A stretch of 60,162 bases of DNA from a virus (taxonomy: Duplodnaviria > Caudoviricetes): the IMG/VR virus record IMGVR_UViG_3300035703_000098, positions 1-60,162 of that record; one strand, given 5' to 3'. A model generated the notes under the pieces. The model worked only from the letters and a program-made list of their open reading frames with translations, searched no databases and was not told the DNA's origin. Position 1 is the first letter of the stretch, and every line of letters starts with the position of its first letter. Made by a program: the position numbers and the translations under genes. Of this stretch, positions 27,841 through 37,408 are shown in pieces.

Positions 27841-28230
27841 CTACGGCTCCCTGCCGGCGGTGACTCGTGTATGTGGTCGATTGGTAAGATGCGTCTGCAC
27901 GAACTCCCGCGCCGCATCCAGCACTGATGATTCAGTGGAAAGGTCTTCCCGCAGGAAGTACCAGACGCGGCCTGGCTCGCGATGCTCCGGCACAGCTCTG
28001 ATTTCGAGCGAGTACGTCAGCGCGCTGAGCCGCTCGCACTCCGTGGTCGAGACGTGCCGGCCGATCAGTTCAATTCGCCAGCCGTCCTCGCCGATCATCG
28101 CCCGCACCGCGCAGGCCAGGTCAGTCACGCTCATCAGGTTGTCGATGTCGGCGAGCATTTCAGCGGCCTGCCTTTCCGGTGCGCACCGGCGCCGCTTTGA
28201 GCGATGCTGACTTTCCTCTTTGAGCGCCAT
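27841..28230 (-). CDS. Hypothetical protein
   Basis: 129-aa ORF in the early operon. Confidence 0.5.
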   Translation of the reverse strand: MALKEESQHRSKRRRCAPERQAAEMLADIDNLMSVTDLACAVRAMIGEDGWRIELIGRHVSTTECERLSALTYSLEIRAVPEHREPGRVWYFLREDLSTESSVLDAAREFVQTHLTNRPHTRVTAGREP

Positions 28231-28615
28231 GGCGACTGACCGGTCTGCTGGTCCGCCTGGCAGGTTCCGGCTCCAGACGGATCATGAGTCCGCCAAGAGA
28301 TTCAGCCGCTTTCATTGCCGGAATGACGGCCTTCTTTGAAGCGGTCCGGAACGATCGGACGGCAGATGCCGGCCTGCCCGCCGGAATGATTTGAAAGACC
28401 ACAGTGTCCGGATCAACCACAGAAGTGAATGCGGTCCCGCCAGCGCCCCTGATCTTCGACTTCAGCAGAATTGTGCTGCGGAATTGCTCCGCTGTGACAT
28501 TGAAGTCAACGCCGCGCTTCGCCACTCGAATTTGACCGTCCATCCATGTTTGCCACGGATAGGACGATCGCGGACCGCGTTGATGGAAGTCGAAGCTGGT
28601 GATCACCGTGGCCAT
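28160..28615 (-). CDS. Hypothetical protein, probably DNA-binding
   Basis: YPWQTW...GVDF pattern; AAAGGA RBS before ATG 28615. Confidence 0.6.
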   Translation of the reverse strand: MATVITSFDFHQRGPRSSYPWQTWMDGQIRVAKRGVDFNVTAEQFRSTILLKSKIRGAGGTAFTSVVDPDTVVFQIIPAGRPASAVRSFRTASKKAVIPAMKAAESLGGLMIRLEPEPARRTSRPVSRHGAQRGKSASLKAAPVRTGKAGR

Positions 28616-28769
28616 CGTGATCCTTTCGCGGAGAAGTTCAGCCAGGTCCGCGCACACCGGGAGCGCAGACGAACTCAGGGTCGTTTCAAACCAGTCTCGA
28701 CATCGCGGCTGGTTCAACTGTCTGCCGGCCGTCCGTGGCCTCAGTGAGTGTCGATCCTTCGCAGCGTGA

Positions 28770-29018
28770 TCAGATCACGGCACTCGCCGTGGTTGCGGCA
28801 GGCTTTGGTTCGCCGGCCAGCCGATGAAGTTCGCGCCACGAAATGCGGCGGACCGAACCTCGCAGCAGGACCGTTTCAATTTCACCGCGTCTCTGCATCA
28901 GAAAGAACGTTTCGCGGCTGATCGACAGGTAGGCACAGGCCACATCAACGGTGGTCAGGCCGATCTGCTGATCGGCTGGCGGAATGACAACGGCAGTGGT
29001 TTCAGTGGGTGCAGACAT
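28770..29018 (-). CDS. Excisionase-like HTH_17 protein
   Basis: LTTVDVACAYLSISRETFFLM..RGEI...RRI. Confidence 0.75.
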   Translation of the reverse strand: MSAPTETTAVVIPPADQQIGLTTVDVACAYLSISRETFFLMQRRGEIETVLLRGSVRRISWRELHRLAGEPKPAATTASAVI

Positions 29019-29262
29019 TGGACCGAATCTCCTTCAGCGCCTTCGCCATCGGGCTGCGATGCACGGCCTGAAACGGCAGTGCCAGGTTCTTATTGACCAG
29101 ACTCTCCCAGGACTCGCGACCGGCTTCGATCTCTCGAAGAGCCTGCTGGTAACAGGCATTGCAGAGACCTCGCTTCTGCTTCAGTCGCACACATCCGGGA
29201 ACCAGGCAATCGCCGGGCTTCTTTGCAGGTCCGGCCGATGTCGCCTTCTTGCCTCGTGCCAT
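29002..29262 (-). CDS. Small basic Zn-finger protein, first gene of the leftward early operon (Cro position)
   Basis: CLVPGC...RGLCNACY; GAGG RBS. Confidence 0.65.
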   Translation of the reverse strand: MARGKKATSAGPAKKPGDCLVPGCVRLKQKRGLCNACYQQALREIEAGRESWESLVNKNLALPFQAVHRSPMAKALKEIRSNVCTH

Positions 29263-29480
29263 TTCCTCGCGTCTCCATTCAGTCGTCCGCGTCAGTCGCT
29301 CGCAGTGCTTCAGAGTCTGCAATCGACAGCGGGAGTATGACCGATGATTCTTCGATGGCAAGTCTATGTTTCATCAAAATTCCAAAGATGTTGCAAGTCG
29401 CTGCGGCTTTTCGGTTTCAGTTGCGTGAATCACCTGTATGTTGCATGCTAATGCCGTACTTGTTGCATGAGGTGATTGAG

Positions 29481-29723
29481 TTGCCGAAGAAACACGCCAG
29501 TCTGGTTCGACGCGATGACTACACAGGAGCCGACCTGCTGAAGTGGGCGGACCAGCTTGCCCGTTTGCAGTCGGAACTACTTGCTTCTCACGACGTTATG
29601 AAGGCAGAGAACCTCGATACCATTCGCGTAGACGGCGCCACGAAGATCACTCGCGGCCTGAAGCTCATCGCCGAATTCAGCGGCAATGTCACGCGGGCCA
29701 TCAAGTCCGCTCAGTACGGCTGA
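29481..29723 (+). CDS. Small helical protein in the repressor position
   Basis: First rightward ORF; GAGGTG RBS before TTG 29481 (ATG 29445 is an alternative start). Confidence 0.55.
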   Translation: MPKKHASLVRRDDYTGADLLKWADQLARLQSELLASHDVMKAENLDTIRVDGATKITRGLKLIAEFSGNVTRAIKSAQYG

Positions 29724-29820
29724 GCCGTGCGTTTGTCTGCGAATCCTCTTGTTGAGTTGACGCGCGGACACAGGAAACGCAGGATGCAGTGAACGTCACG
29801 CGAAAATCGCGAGGAACTGC

Positions 29821-30471
29821 ATGGCTCTTCAGCGACTCCTGATCCTGATCGGCAGTATCGGCATCGGCATTGGCTCGTTTCTGCCGTGGCGATGGTTTCC
29901 ATTCGGATTATCCGTCCGGGCCTTTCGCGAATACGGATGGTTGACGGCCATTTTCAGCCTGGCAACGGCACTCATCGCATTGATGGCCGGTCCTCTTGAG
30001 CGTCCCGTCACTCAGCGGAAGTCTGTTCTCGCAGTGCGTGTGATGTGCATTCTTTCCACGCTGATCGTACTGCATGTGATTCATGAGTCAGTAACCTTAC
30101 GGGACAGGCTTGGCCCGGACATCGGTGCTGGAATAGTCATCGGTTCGGCAATTCTGGCCGTTGTTGCATCGTTCATGCGGGAATCGATCACGGTAGCAGA
30201 CCAGCCAGCATCAGAGCCTGCTTTTCATCCAGCTTCTGAGAGTCCAGTCTCGCAGAAGCCGCAACAGCCAGTCCGTACGCAGCCACAGACGCGTTCTCAG
30301 CCACAACCATCGGGCTTCATCCTGAATCGCGAGACGATTCACCTGGTCCCCGAAACCTGGACCGCTCCCTGCCCGTCCTGCAAAACCTCGCTGGTTCTGC
30401 ATCGCTCCCTTCTGCGGATTGATGTGACCTGTGGCCATTGTGGCTCGATCTTTGAGGTGACCTGGCCCTGA
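29821..30471 (+). CDS. Four-TM membrane protein with C-terminal Zn ribbon (moron)
   Basis: Four hydrophobic helices; CPSC...CGHC; GAGGA RBS. Confidence 0.75.
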   Translation: MALQRLLILIGSIGIGIGSFLPWRWFPFGLSVRAFREYGWLTAIFSLATALIALMAGPLERPVTQRKSVLAVRVMCILSTLIVLHVIHESVTLRDRLGPDIGAGIVIGSAILAVVASFMRESITVADQPASEPAFHPASESPVSQKPQQPVRTQPQTRSQPQPSGFILNRETIHLVPETWTAPCPSCKTSLVLHRSLLRIDVTCGHCGSIFEVTWP

Positions 30472-30486
30472 TCTGGAGACCTGCCG

Positions 30487-31374
30487 ATGAAGACCACGTT
30501 CATCGTCGCCGCCGCCGTTCTGCTCGCAAAGATCGCTTGTGCTCAACCGGATGAACCGGCTCCCGACAAGTCACAGCAGGCTCAGACTGAGAAGCAGACG
30601 CCGAAACCAGCTCGCCCGGCTTCCATCGACCCACGATTGCTGGCAGCTGGCCGCGGACTGAAGGATTCGAGTTGGGATGCTCAGCTTCGATCCATTCAGG
30701 AACTGAAACAGGATTGGGGACCGCGCGCGACACCGCTGCTTCCAGACATCTGCACCGTCGCCTGCACTCGCAATCTGAAAACGAGACAGGCCGTTGCTGA
30801 ACTGATCGAAGCCATCGACCCGGAGCTTTACGACGCCATCGTTCCCGTGCTGGTGGATCAGGATCCAACGCAACGACACAAAGCCCTTCAGGCATTACCG
30901 GCAGCCAGAAACGGGAAGGCAGCAGTTCCCCTGGTTGTCTGGTTGGCGAGACAGAATCTGGCGATCGCCGGGACCAGATCTGACACCTATTCGGTCGGCA
31001 ACTACGAGGCTCGCCAGTGCCTGAGAACCGCCGTTGAACTTGATGGATCAGACCGCTCTGTCATTGATCTGATTCACGACGTCGTGTCAGGCAGGATCCG
31101 AAACAGCGACGCAGTGAGCGTGGCCGTCCTGCTGATGCCGAAGCTGTCTCGCGAAAAGCCATTCGGCCAGAAGAGTGTGGACCTGCTCGTTGATCTGCTG
31201 AAGAAAATGCCTCGCAACTCCCCACACGCGACCGGACCGATCAAGGCGCTGGAAGAGTTCGGACCAGAGGCACGATCTGCGCTGCCGGTACTGAGAGCAG
31301 CAAAGTTGTCATCTCAGGTATCCGTTCGACAGGCCGCCGAAAACGCGATTGTTGCGATTGAACAAACTCCCTGA
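30487..31374 (+). CDS. Secreted HEAT-repeat protein (moron)
   Basis: Signal peptide; HEAT-like units such as ALEEFGPEARSALPVL...VRQAAENAI. Confidence 0.75.
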   Translation: MKTTFIVAAAVLLAKIACAQPDEPAPDKSQQAQTEKQTPKPARPASIDPRLLAAGRGLKDSSWDAQLRSIQELKQDWGPRATPLLPDICTVACTRNLKTRQAVAELIEAIDPELYDAIVPVLVDQDPTQRHKALQALPAARNGKAAVPLVVWLARQNLAIAGTRSDTYSVGNYEARQCLRTAVELDGSDRSVIDLIHDVVSGRIRNSDAVSVAVLLMPKLSREKPFGQKSVDLLVDLLKKMPRNSPHATGPIKALEEFGPEARSALPVLRAAKLSSQVSVRQAAENAIVAIEQTP

Positions 31375-31377
31375 ATG

Positions 31378-31654
31378 ACTACCCCGCCAGTACCCTGACC
31401 CGCAAAAATTCAGCAGGATTCCGCCAGTTTCTCTAGCACGTTGCGTTCTTGTTGCGTCATCTGTAAGGTGAAAGCCAGAAACGAATTACAACAACGCTGC
31501 GACGTCCGGAATCGCATGGCATGCAAGAGGTCGGGGGTTCAAGTCCCCCATCCTCCACTTCTCGCAAGATGTTTTAAGTTCAAGAGTTACGCATCCTGTG
31601 AGAACTGCAAAGAGTGTTGGTTCCTGAGTTTACTACCCCGATTCGGAGGGTAGT
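31378..31654. repeat. Putative integrase arm-type sites
   Basis: ACTACCCCG at 31378-31386 and 31632-31640, inverted GGGTAGT at 31648-31654, flanking the core. Confidence 0.55.
31514..31557 (+). mobile_element. attP core: 3' half of a tRNA-Ala(GGC)
   Basis: GCATGGCATGCAAGAGGTCGGGGGTTCAAGTCCCCCATCCTCCA gives anticodon loop, T-arm and 3' acceptor strand with no 5' half; ~130 bp upstream of the integrase. Confidence 0.85.
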
Positions 31655-31688
31655 CGCAGCGTGAAGTTGTCCTTCTGGAGCTTCACGC

Positions 31689-32774
31689 ATGCCGCGCAAA
31701 CGACGCACGAAGCCGGCCTACCAACTGCACAAGGCGACCGGCCAGGCGAGGGTCCGCATTGACGGACGAGACTGCTATCTGGGGGCACACGGATCCCCGG
31801 AATCGAAGACGCTGTATCAACGCCTCGTCCGCGAATGGATGGCGCGACAGGACGGGCTGGCGACGACTGTCGGCGACGTTGCTGCCGCCTGGCTTGAGCA
31901 CGCGGACGGCTACTACCGCAAGAACGGCGCGCGGACTTCGGAATACGCGTGCTTCAAGGCCGCGTGCGATTTCCTGAAGCCATTCGCCGGTGAACTGGCT
32001 CTGGACTTCGGACCGCGAAAGCTGAAGAAGGTCCAGGACGCGATGGTTGCGGCCCGGCTGGCCAGGACCACAATCAACCGCCAGACCAGCCGCATCAAGC
32101 AGGTCTTTCGCTGGGCGGTGTCCGAAGAACTGATCCCGGCGGACACGCTGGCGGCGCTGGAATCAGTCAGCGGTCTGCGTAAGGGCCGGACGGCAGCGGT
32201 CGAAACCGAACCAGTCGGGCCAGTGTCGATTGAGCACGTCGAAGCGATCCAGTCCCATGTCAGCCGGCCTGTGTGGGGCTTGATCCAGTTCCAGTTGCTG
32301 ACGGGCTGCAGGCCCGGGGAAGCATTAAATCTGCGTTGGTGCGACATCGACCGCCGCGGCGAGGTCTGGCAATACCACCCGCGCGAGCACAAAACCGAGC
32401 ATCACGAACGCGACCGCGTGATTTGCATTGGCCCGGATGCTCAAGCCCTGCTGGCACAATATCAGGAAGAGGAATCCGAATTCGTGTTCTCGCCGCAATC
32501 AGTGCGGGAAGTCGTTCCGGACGGGACTCGACAGCCAGGCAGGCGATACGACCGCAGCGCGTACCGGAATGCCGTTGTGCGAGCTTGTCGCCGGGCGGGG
32601 ATCCCGGAATGGACTCCGAACCAGCTCCGGCACACGGCAGCCACTCAATTGCGGTCCCGATTCGGGCTGGAAGTCGCTCGGACGGTTCTGGGGCACAGCA
32701 CAGTCCGCATGACAGAAGTTTACGCGGAACAGGATCTGGAACAGGCCCGGAAAGCGATCCGGCAGATCGGTTGA
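31689..32774 (+). CDS. int: Tyrosine recombinase / integrase
   Basis: TGCRPGE, HKT, NQLRH, LGH and Y motifs; N-terminal HKATGQARVRIDGRDCYLG arm-binding domain. Confidence 0.95.
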   Translation: MPRKRRTKPAYQLHKATGQARVRIDGRDCYLGAHGSPESKTLYQRLVREWMARQDGLATTVGDVAAAWLEHADGYYRKNGARTSEYACFKAACDFLKPFAGELALDFGPRKLKKVQDAMVAARLARTTINRQTSRIKQVFRWAVSEELIPADTLAALESVSGLRKGRTAAVETEPVGPVSIEHVEAIQSHVSRPVWGLIQFQLLTGCRPGEALNLRWCDIDRRGEVWQYHPREHKTEHHERDRVICIGPDAQALLAQYQEEESEFVFSPQSVREVVPDGTRQPGRRYDRSAYRNAVVRACRRAGIPEWTPNQLRHTAATQLRSRFGLEVARTVLGHSTVRMTEVYAEQDLEQARKAIRQIG

Positions 32775-33089
32775 CCCCTGGCAGTTGTGGTCATAGATCA
32801 CTGAACGCCGATTTCAGAAAAAGCAGTTGCGATACTGAACTTCGACGATACTTTCCCGCCATCAAAACGAATGAAGAACAAGTCACGGAAACGCAACATG
32901 GCTGCTACTGATCCCCGCTGGATCACTGTTGCCCGATGGTCTGAATTCGGCCCTTGCGCCTTCAGCCAGACTCCGCCGCCAGCTTGAGACGACTGACATC
33001 GTTTTGCTGATCGAGTCGTTGAGTTGTTGTCCGCATTCATCCGGCTGCGCTCATCCTGCGCGCCGATCATTCTTCAGGAGTTATCCATC

Positions 33090-33317
33090 ATGAGAAGTCT
33101 GGCCATTGAAAAGTGCTTTGTCGTGACTCGTTCCTCTCAAGATTCTGCTGTCCTGTTTGCCGCGGTTGATCTGGATTCGAGTTCCGCGTTCGCCCGTGCT
33201 CAGTCCTACGTTCGGACGTTCAATCAGTTGACCCGGACTGGCAAGGCTGTCATCCGTCCGGCGCAGGCCTCGCTGGCATGGAACGCGCGAGGCACGGTCG
33301 CTGCTCCTCACCGATGA
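33090..33317 (+). CDS. Hypothetical protein
   Basis: AGGAG RBS before ATG 33090. Confidence 0.5.
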   Translation: MRSLAIEKCFVVTRSSQDSAVLFAAVDLDSSSAFARAQSYVRTFNQLTRTGKAVIRPAQASLAWNARGTVAAPHR

Positions 33318-33348
33318 TCGACTCGGAAGCTGCTGTCCTGAGTGTGTT

Positions 33349-33382
33349 AAGCGCGGTTGTCTCTTAAGGAACAACCGCGCTT
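33349..33382. terminator. 12-bp hairpin at the convergence of plus and minus transcription
   Basis: AAGCGCGGTTGT-N10-ACAACCGCGCTT. Confidence 0.55.
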
Positions 33383-33388
33383 GCGCAC

Positions 33389-33814
33389 TCATCGGTGATT
33401 TTCCGGAGTCAGCCATCGCAGCAGAAGCACCCACAGGTCTGTGGCTGTTGGATCGCGCGGAAGCCGGTGTTCGTCATGGACGACTTCCGCTGCGGTTTCC
33501 ATTGTGCCTTCGGTGTCTGCAACTGGTCCGATTAACTCGCGACCGTCCAACTGCGCCTGTCTTCGCAGACTGATTTCGTGAAACGCAGCCAGGGCCAGCG
33601 CACACAGCATGTCGAACTGCTCAATCGGCAGTTCGCGAACGCGATCGTGATCTTCGCTGAGCAGTGAGTCGATCAGATTCGCGCGGTCTTCCCCGGAAAG
33701 TGCCTGAAACGAATCGGCGATGTCAGGCCAGAGCAGGTCTGACATGGAAATCAGCCGGCTCAGTGTCGGATCGTGCTTTCGCGGCTGAGATGGATTCCGG
33801 CTCGTCATCGACAT
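33389..33814 (-). CDS. Hypothetical protein
   Basis: 141-aa ORF at the end of the late operon; true start uncertain. Confidence 0.55.
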   Translation of the reverse strand: MSMTSRNPSQPRKHDPTLSRLISMSDLLWPDIADSFQALSGEDRANLIDSLLSEDHDRVRELPIEQFDMLCALALAAFHEISLRRQAQLDGRELIGPVADTEGTMETAAEVVHDEHRLPRDPTATDLWVLLLRWLTPENHR

Positions 33815-35642
33815 CTGCCCGGCTGATGTGCTCGCACTCGATCGACCAGTCCATCAGCGTGCGCCAGTGGGTCTGTTCCAGTCGTGTGAATCTGGCCCGA
33901 TCGTAATCAGGAGACGACACGCTGGCGAACGAATCCGCTCGATCGGTGAAAACTCCCAGATCGAACATCTGCCGGCGCATCAGCGCGCAGCCGAATCCTG
34001 TGCCGCCAACCTGCTGGATCCTTTCGGACGGCTTGTCGGTGAATCGCAGATCGAAGGCGCGACCGCGATCCCAAGCGATCCATGTGCCCCAATACGGCGA
34101 GCGATACGCCCCGGATACACAGATCACGTCGTGTTCGACGCTCGCCATCAGTCGGCCGATCACGTTCGGTGTTGGTACGAAGACGTCGTCTTCGAGAATA
34201 AAGGCGTATTCCGTCGCGAGGTTTCGTCGCAGCCAGTTGTAAATCCGGGCCATCGCCGTCCAGACATGCTCCACGGCAGGACGATTGCCCGGATGTCGCC
34301 GATCCACGTCAGCCACTCGCGGCGGACCAACAGGTTGCCGGACATGGCGGATGTCGGACCAGCGGGAGCGATTCATCCAGCGGCGGACTCTGGCGGCAAA
34401 CGTGTCTGACTGTGACGTGTCGAACAGGATCAGCGAGAGTTGATCTGCCGGCCAGTCGAGCACTTCGAGCTGTGCCGCATACCGGTCCCACAATTCGGCG
34501 CGACCCGACAGCGGGCAGAACACGGTGACCGGCTCCTGCATCAGATTCGCGCGATCGGCATACGTCAGCAGTTTGTGCTTCCGGATCATCGAGTTCGGAT
34601 GCTGGCGGTACAGGTACCTGGCAGGCTGCTTTGCGGCGGTGTAGCCGTATCGGATCAGCCGTTTCCACAGCGTCCAGTCGTCATGCGTGTTGATCGACGT
34701 GAGCGGATGGAAGGCATCAGCCTGCCTCAGTGCAGAGATGCGGCACAATGAGCCGGCGTGAACACAGTTGTCGATCCAGAAGCGGCTGCGATCGAACTGC
34801 GCGGGATACTCCATCAGGCGGTCGTCGAGACCGAATCGCTGCATGTCGCTGTAAACGATGGCTACGGTCGGATCGCCAAAGTGCTGCAGGCCGGCCAGGT
34901 AGTCCGGCGGCAGCATGTCATCCGCATCCAGGAACACGATCACTTCCGCGCCGGCTTGTTCGGCCAGATGGGCCGCATGCTGCCTCGCGCGATGCACGCT
35001 GCGGAGCTCGACTCGATGCCGCGGCACTCCCAGACGAGCGCAAACCTCAGGCGTCTCGTCATCGGACGCATCATCAACCACGAAGACCTGATGCGTTTCG
35101 TGCCGCAACGCCCGAACGGACCGGATGCAGTCTTCGAGGAACCGGCCGTAATTGTGGCAGATGATGGCGATGGTGGTCTTGAGCGGCGACGATTCTCGCT
35201 CCACCGGTGGTTCCGCAATGATCGGACTTCGACTGCTCAACTCGGCCACGATTTCGCGCGCGTCAGGAGTTCCGTGTCGGACGTAATCCGGGCAGTGACC
35301 GCAGAACTGGAAGCCGTCAGTCGCTGACAGGATCGTGACCAGTCCCGCAGAGGCATGATCCGGATGCCGGCAGGCGAACGCTGGTTGTCCGCCACTGCTG
35401 CACGAGCACGGCGCGGTCGAAGCCTGTTGCCGGGTGTCACAGAATTCGCATCGCGACCTCAGTGCCGCCGTTAGTTCCGCCGGATCAACGCGCTCCGCCG
35501 TCGAAGGCGGAACCGGAGGTCGGGGAATACGTGCCGGCGACAGTGTGGCCCGCGTTCGATCTCGATCCTTTGAATGAATCGGGCAGGAATCCGGCGGACG
35601 CCGGGATGTAACACAGATGCCGTTCGATGTGCGACAGGTCAT
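33723..35642 (-). CDS. Tandem GT-A (GT2-like) glycosyltransferase with Cys-rich N-terminus
   Basis: CHNYGRFL, VVDDAS, FLDADD and DDW in the first domain; ILEDD and GTGFGC in the second. Confidence 0.85.
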   Translation of the reverse strand: MTCRTSNGICVTSRRPPDSCPIHSKDRDRTRATLSPARIPRPPVPPSTAERVDPAELTAALRSRCEFCDTRQQASTAPCSCSSGGQPAFACRHPDHASAGLVTILSATDGFQFCGHCPDYVRHGTPDAREIVAELSSRSPIIAEPPVERESSPLKTTIAIICHNYGRFLEDCIRSVRALRHETHQVFVVDDASDDETPEVCARLGVPRHRVELRSVHRARQHAAHLAEQAGAEVIVFLDADDMLPPDYLAGLQHFGDPTVAIVYSDMQRFGLDDRLMEYPAQFDRSRFWIDNCVHAGSLCRISALRQADAFHPLTSINTHDDWTLWKRLIRYGYTAAKQPARYLYRQHPNSMIRKHKLLTYADRANLMQEPVTVFCPLSGRAELWDRYAAQLEVLDWPADQLSLILFDTSQSDTFAARVRRWMNRSRWSDIRHVRQPVGPPRVADVDRRHPGNRPAVEHVWTAMARIYNWLRRNLATEYAFILEDDVFVPTPNVIGRLMASVEHDVICVSGAYRSPYWGTWIAWDRGRAFDLRFTDKPSERIQQVGGTGFGCALMRRQMFDLGVFTDRADSFASVSSPDYDRARFTRLEQTHWRTLMDWSIECEHISRADVDDEPESISAAKARSDTEPADFHVRPALA

Positions 35643-37408
35643 GTTTTCAGCTTTTCGTAATCAAGACCGGCCAGTGCGAGAGCACGTGGCAGAATCGTTC
35701 CGAAATTTGACAACCCCGTCCCAGCGACGGCGGGCCTTCCTCCAGTCGCAACAAGACCGCCTAAGGTGAAGAACCCGCAAGCAATCACTCGCGATCCATT
35801 CCCAAGCTCGTCCACGGCAATCACTGGCCAGGTGCCGCGAACGTCAGTTCTTTCTATGAAATCCTGAAGGTCTCCGGAATTTCGTAACTCGGCTTTTTGA
35901 GTCAACACAGCATTACATGCAACTGTCCCACCGCTGATTGTTCCGCACGCGACGGCTCCAAATGGAAATTGCGGCCAGGACTCACTGTCATCGTTTGTTT
36001 CCCATCCACTGAATGACTCACCAGCCGGACAGATCGGATGAAGACCAGTAGACTGAAATGATACTCTGGCATTGACGTATTCACCCACATAGGGAGGGTC
36101 TGAGATTGGAGATAGAATCGAGGCATTTACAATGCCTTGCGCCTCATTGAGTACATTGCCACAAAGCACTCCACTTCCAAAATCAATTGACAGCGATGAC
36201 CCGATTCCAGAAAGGAATGCATTGTGGTTGCTGCTGTCGATTGCAACAGAAACGATACCGTTTACACATGGCGAAAAATCAAGAAAGAGAGTCTTGTTGC
36301 CGGTATTCAGCCAGTCATTGATTGCTGAGGTGTCATCACCCGCAGGCAGAGACGTGTAAAACATTTCATCGGAAGCTGGATAGAATACGCGAACGGCTGT
36401 TATTGCAACAAACTTGACATTATTGATGAACGCGGTCTGGCTGAACCGATGCGGCCCCTGTGTGAGACCGAGGTTCCGCCGGACAAAGATCCCGCCGAGT
36501 TCACTGATTGTTGAATTTGTTGAAACCGGAGCGCCGGCGCCGCCCCCCTCTGCGGTTGAAGTACCTGAAATGAACGGTGACTGACAGGGCAGAAAATCCG
36601 GACTGCCGACAGCCGAGTATGGAAATTCCCACTCAGGCATGATCGCTGTATTCCAGATGATTGCTTCTGGAACGCATCCCGGTGCGACGTTCGGATGATC
36701 TACGTCTCCAGTCCAAAGGATTGACTGCGATTCAGACAAGGCGTCTACATATCTGGTACCATTATTGAATAATCCGTGATTGATCGGTTTGCATTGTGGT
36801 TCCGTCGTTCCCGTCTTGAGAATCGGCCAGTTCTCTCTGTCGCAAACGTCACTGCCTCCGGGATAGTAATCGAGTCCTTCTGGATATTGTGAGTATTGCC
36901 GCATTCCGGGCCACATGATCTGTGTGCCGCCACACACCACACATCCGACTTCCAGAACCCACGGCCATGCAACCATTACGGATGTTGGATTGACGCCCCC
37001 ACTGGCGTACTGTGTCGTGAGGATGTTTCCTGTCCAGTTTGGTGGAATGCCGATCATGCGCCAGTCCCGAACAGGGCCAAGCGCATCTGGAACAGCCGGG
37101 TTCACTGATCGCGTTATTGCTCCTCCCGGATTGGCAGTAATGTCGGTCAAGCAATTGTCAGCTTTGTACTGCAGCCAGGCGCGCGAACCTGCAAAGTGCC
37201 GGATTCTCCAGATCAGCGTCGTTATCTGCGGCTGCCAGTCGGCGAGGCGATGGTGCCAGCCCGGGAACGTCCGAATGTCCGGTTCGTTCGAGAAATCGTA
37301 ATCGCCGGACCATTGGAGCAGGACTGCTGAGTGGCATCGTGGTTTGCACGGCGAACACGTCGGCAGACATCCGCAGGATTTCTCTTTCATCGGATCACTC
37401 GCAATCAA
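35639..37408 (-). CDS. Cys-rich putative tail-tip / receptor-binding protein
   Basis: 589-aa ORF at the end of the tail module; CGC...C N-terminus; low-GC C-terminal half. Confidence 0.6.
   Translation of the reverse strand: MIASDPMKEKSCGCLPTCSPCKPRCHSAVLLQWSGDYDFSNEPDIRTFPGWHHRLADWQPQITTLIWRIRHFAGSRAWLQYKADNCLTDITANPGGAITRSVNPAVPDALGPVRDWRMIGIPPNWTGNILTTQYASGGVNPTSVMVAWPWVLEVGCVVCGGTQIMWPGMRQYSQYPEGLDYYPGGSDVCDRENWPILKTGTTEPQCKPINHGLFNNGTRYVDALSESQSILWTGDVDHPNVAPGCVPEAIIWNTAIMPEWEFPYSAVGSPDFLPCQSPFISGTSTAEGGGAGAPVSTNSTISELGGIFVRRNLGLTQGPHRFSQTAFINNVKFVAITAVRVFYPASDEMFYTSLPAGDDTSAINDWLNTGNKTLFLDFSPCVNGIVSVAIDSSNHNAFLSGIGSSLSIDFGSGVLCGNVLNEAQGIVNASILSPISDPPYVGEYVNARVSFQSTGLHPICPAGESFSGWETNDDSESWPQFPFGAVACGTISGGTVACNAVLTQKAELRNSGDLQDFIERTDVRGTWPVIAVDELGNGSRVIACGFFTLGGLVATGGRPAVAGTGLSNFGTILPRALALAGLDYEKLKT

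Noticed and set aside
31514-31557. Functional tRNA-Ala gene
   Set aside because: The 5' acceptor strand and D-arm are missing; position beside the integrase fits attP.
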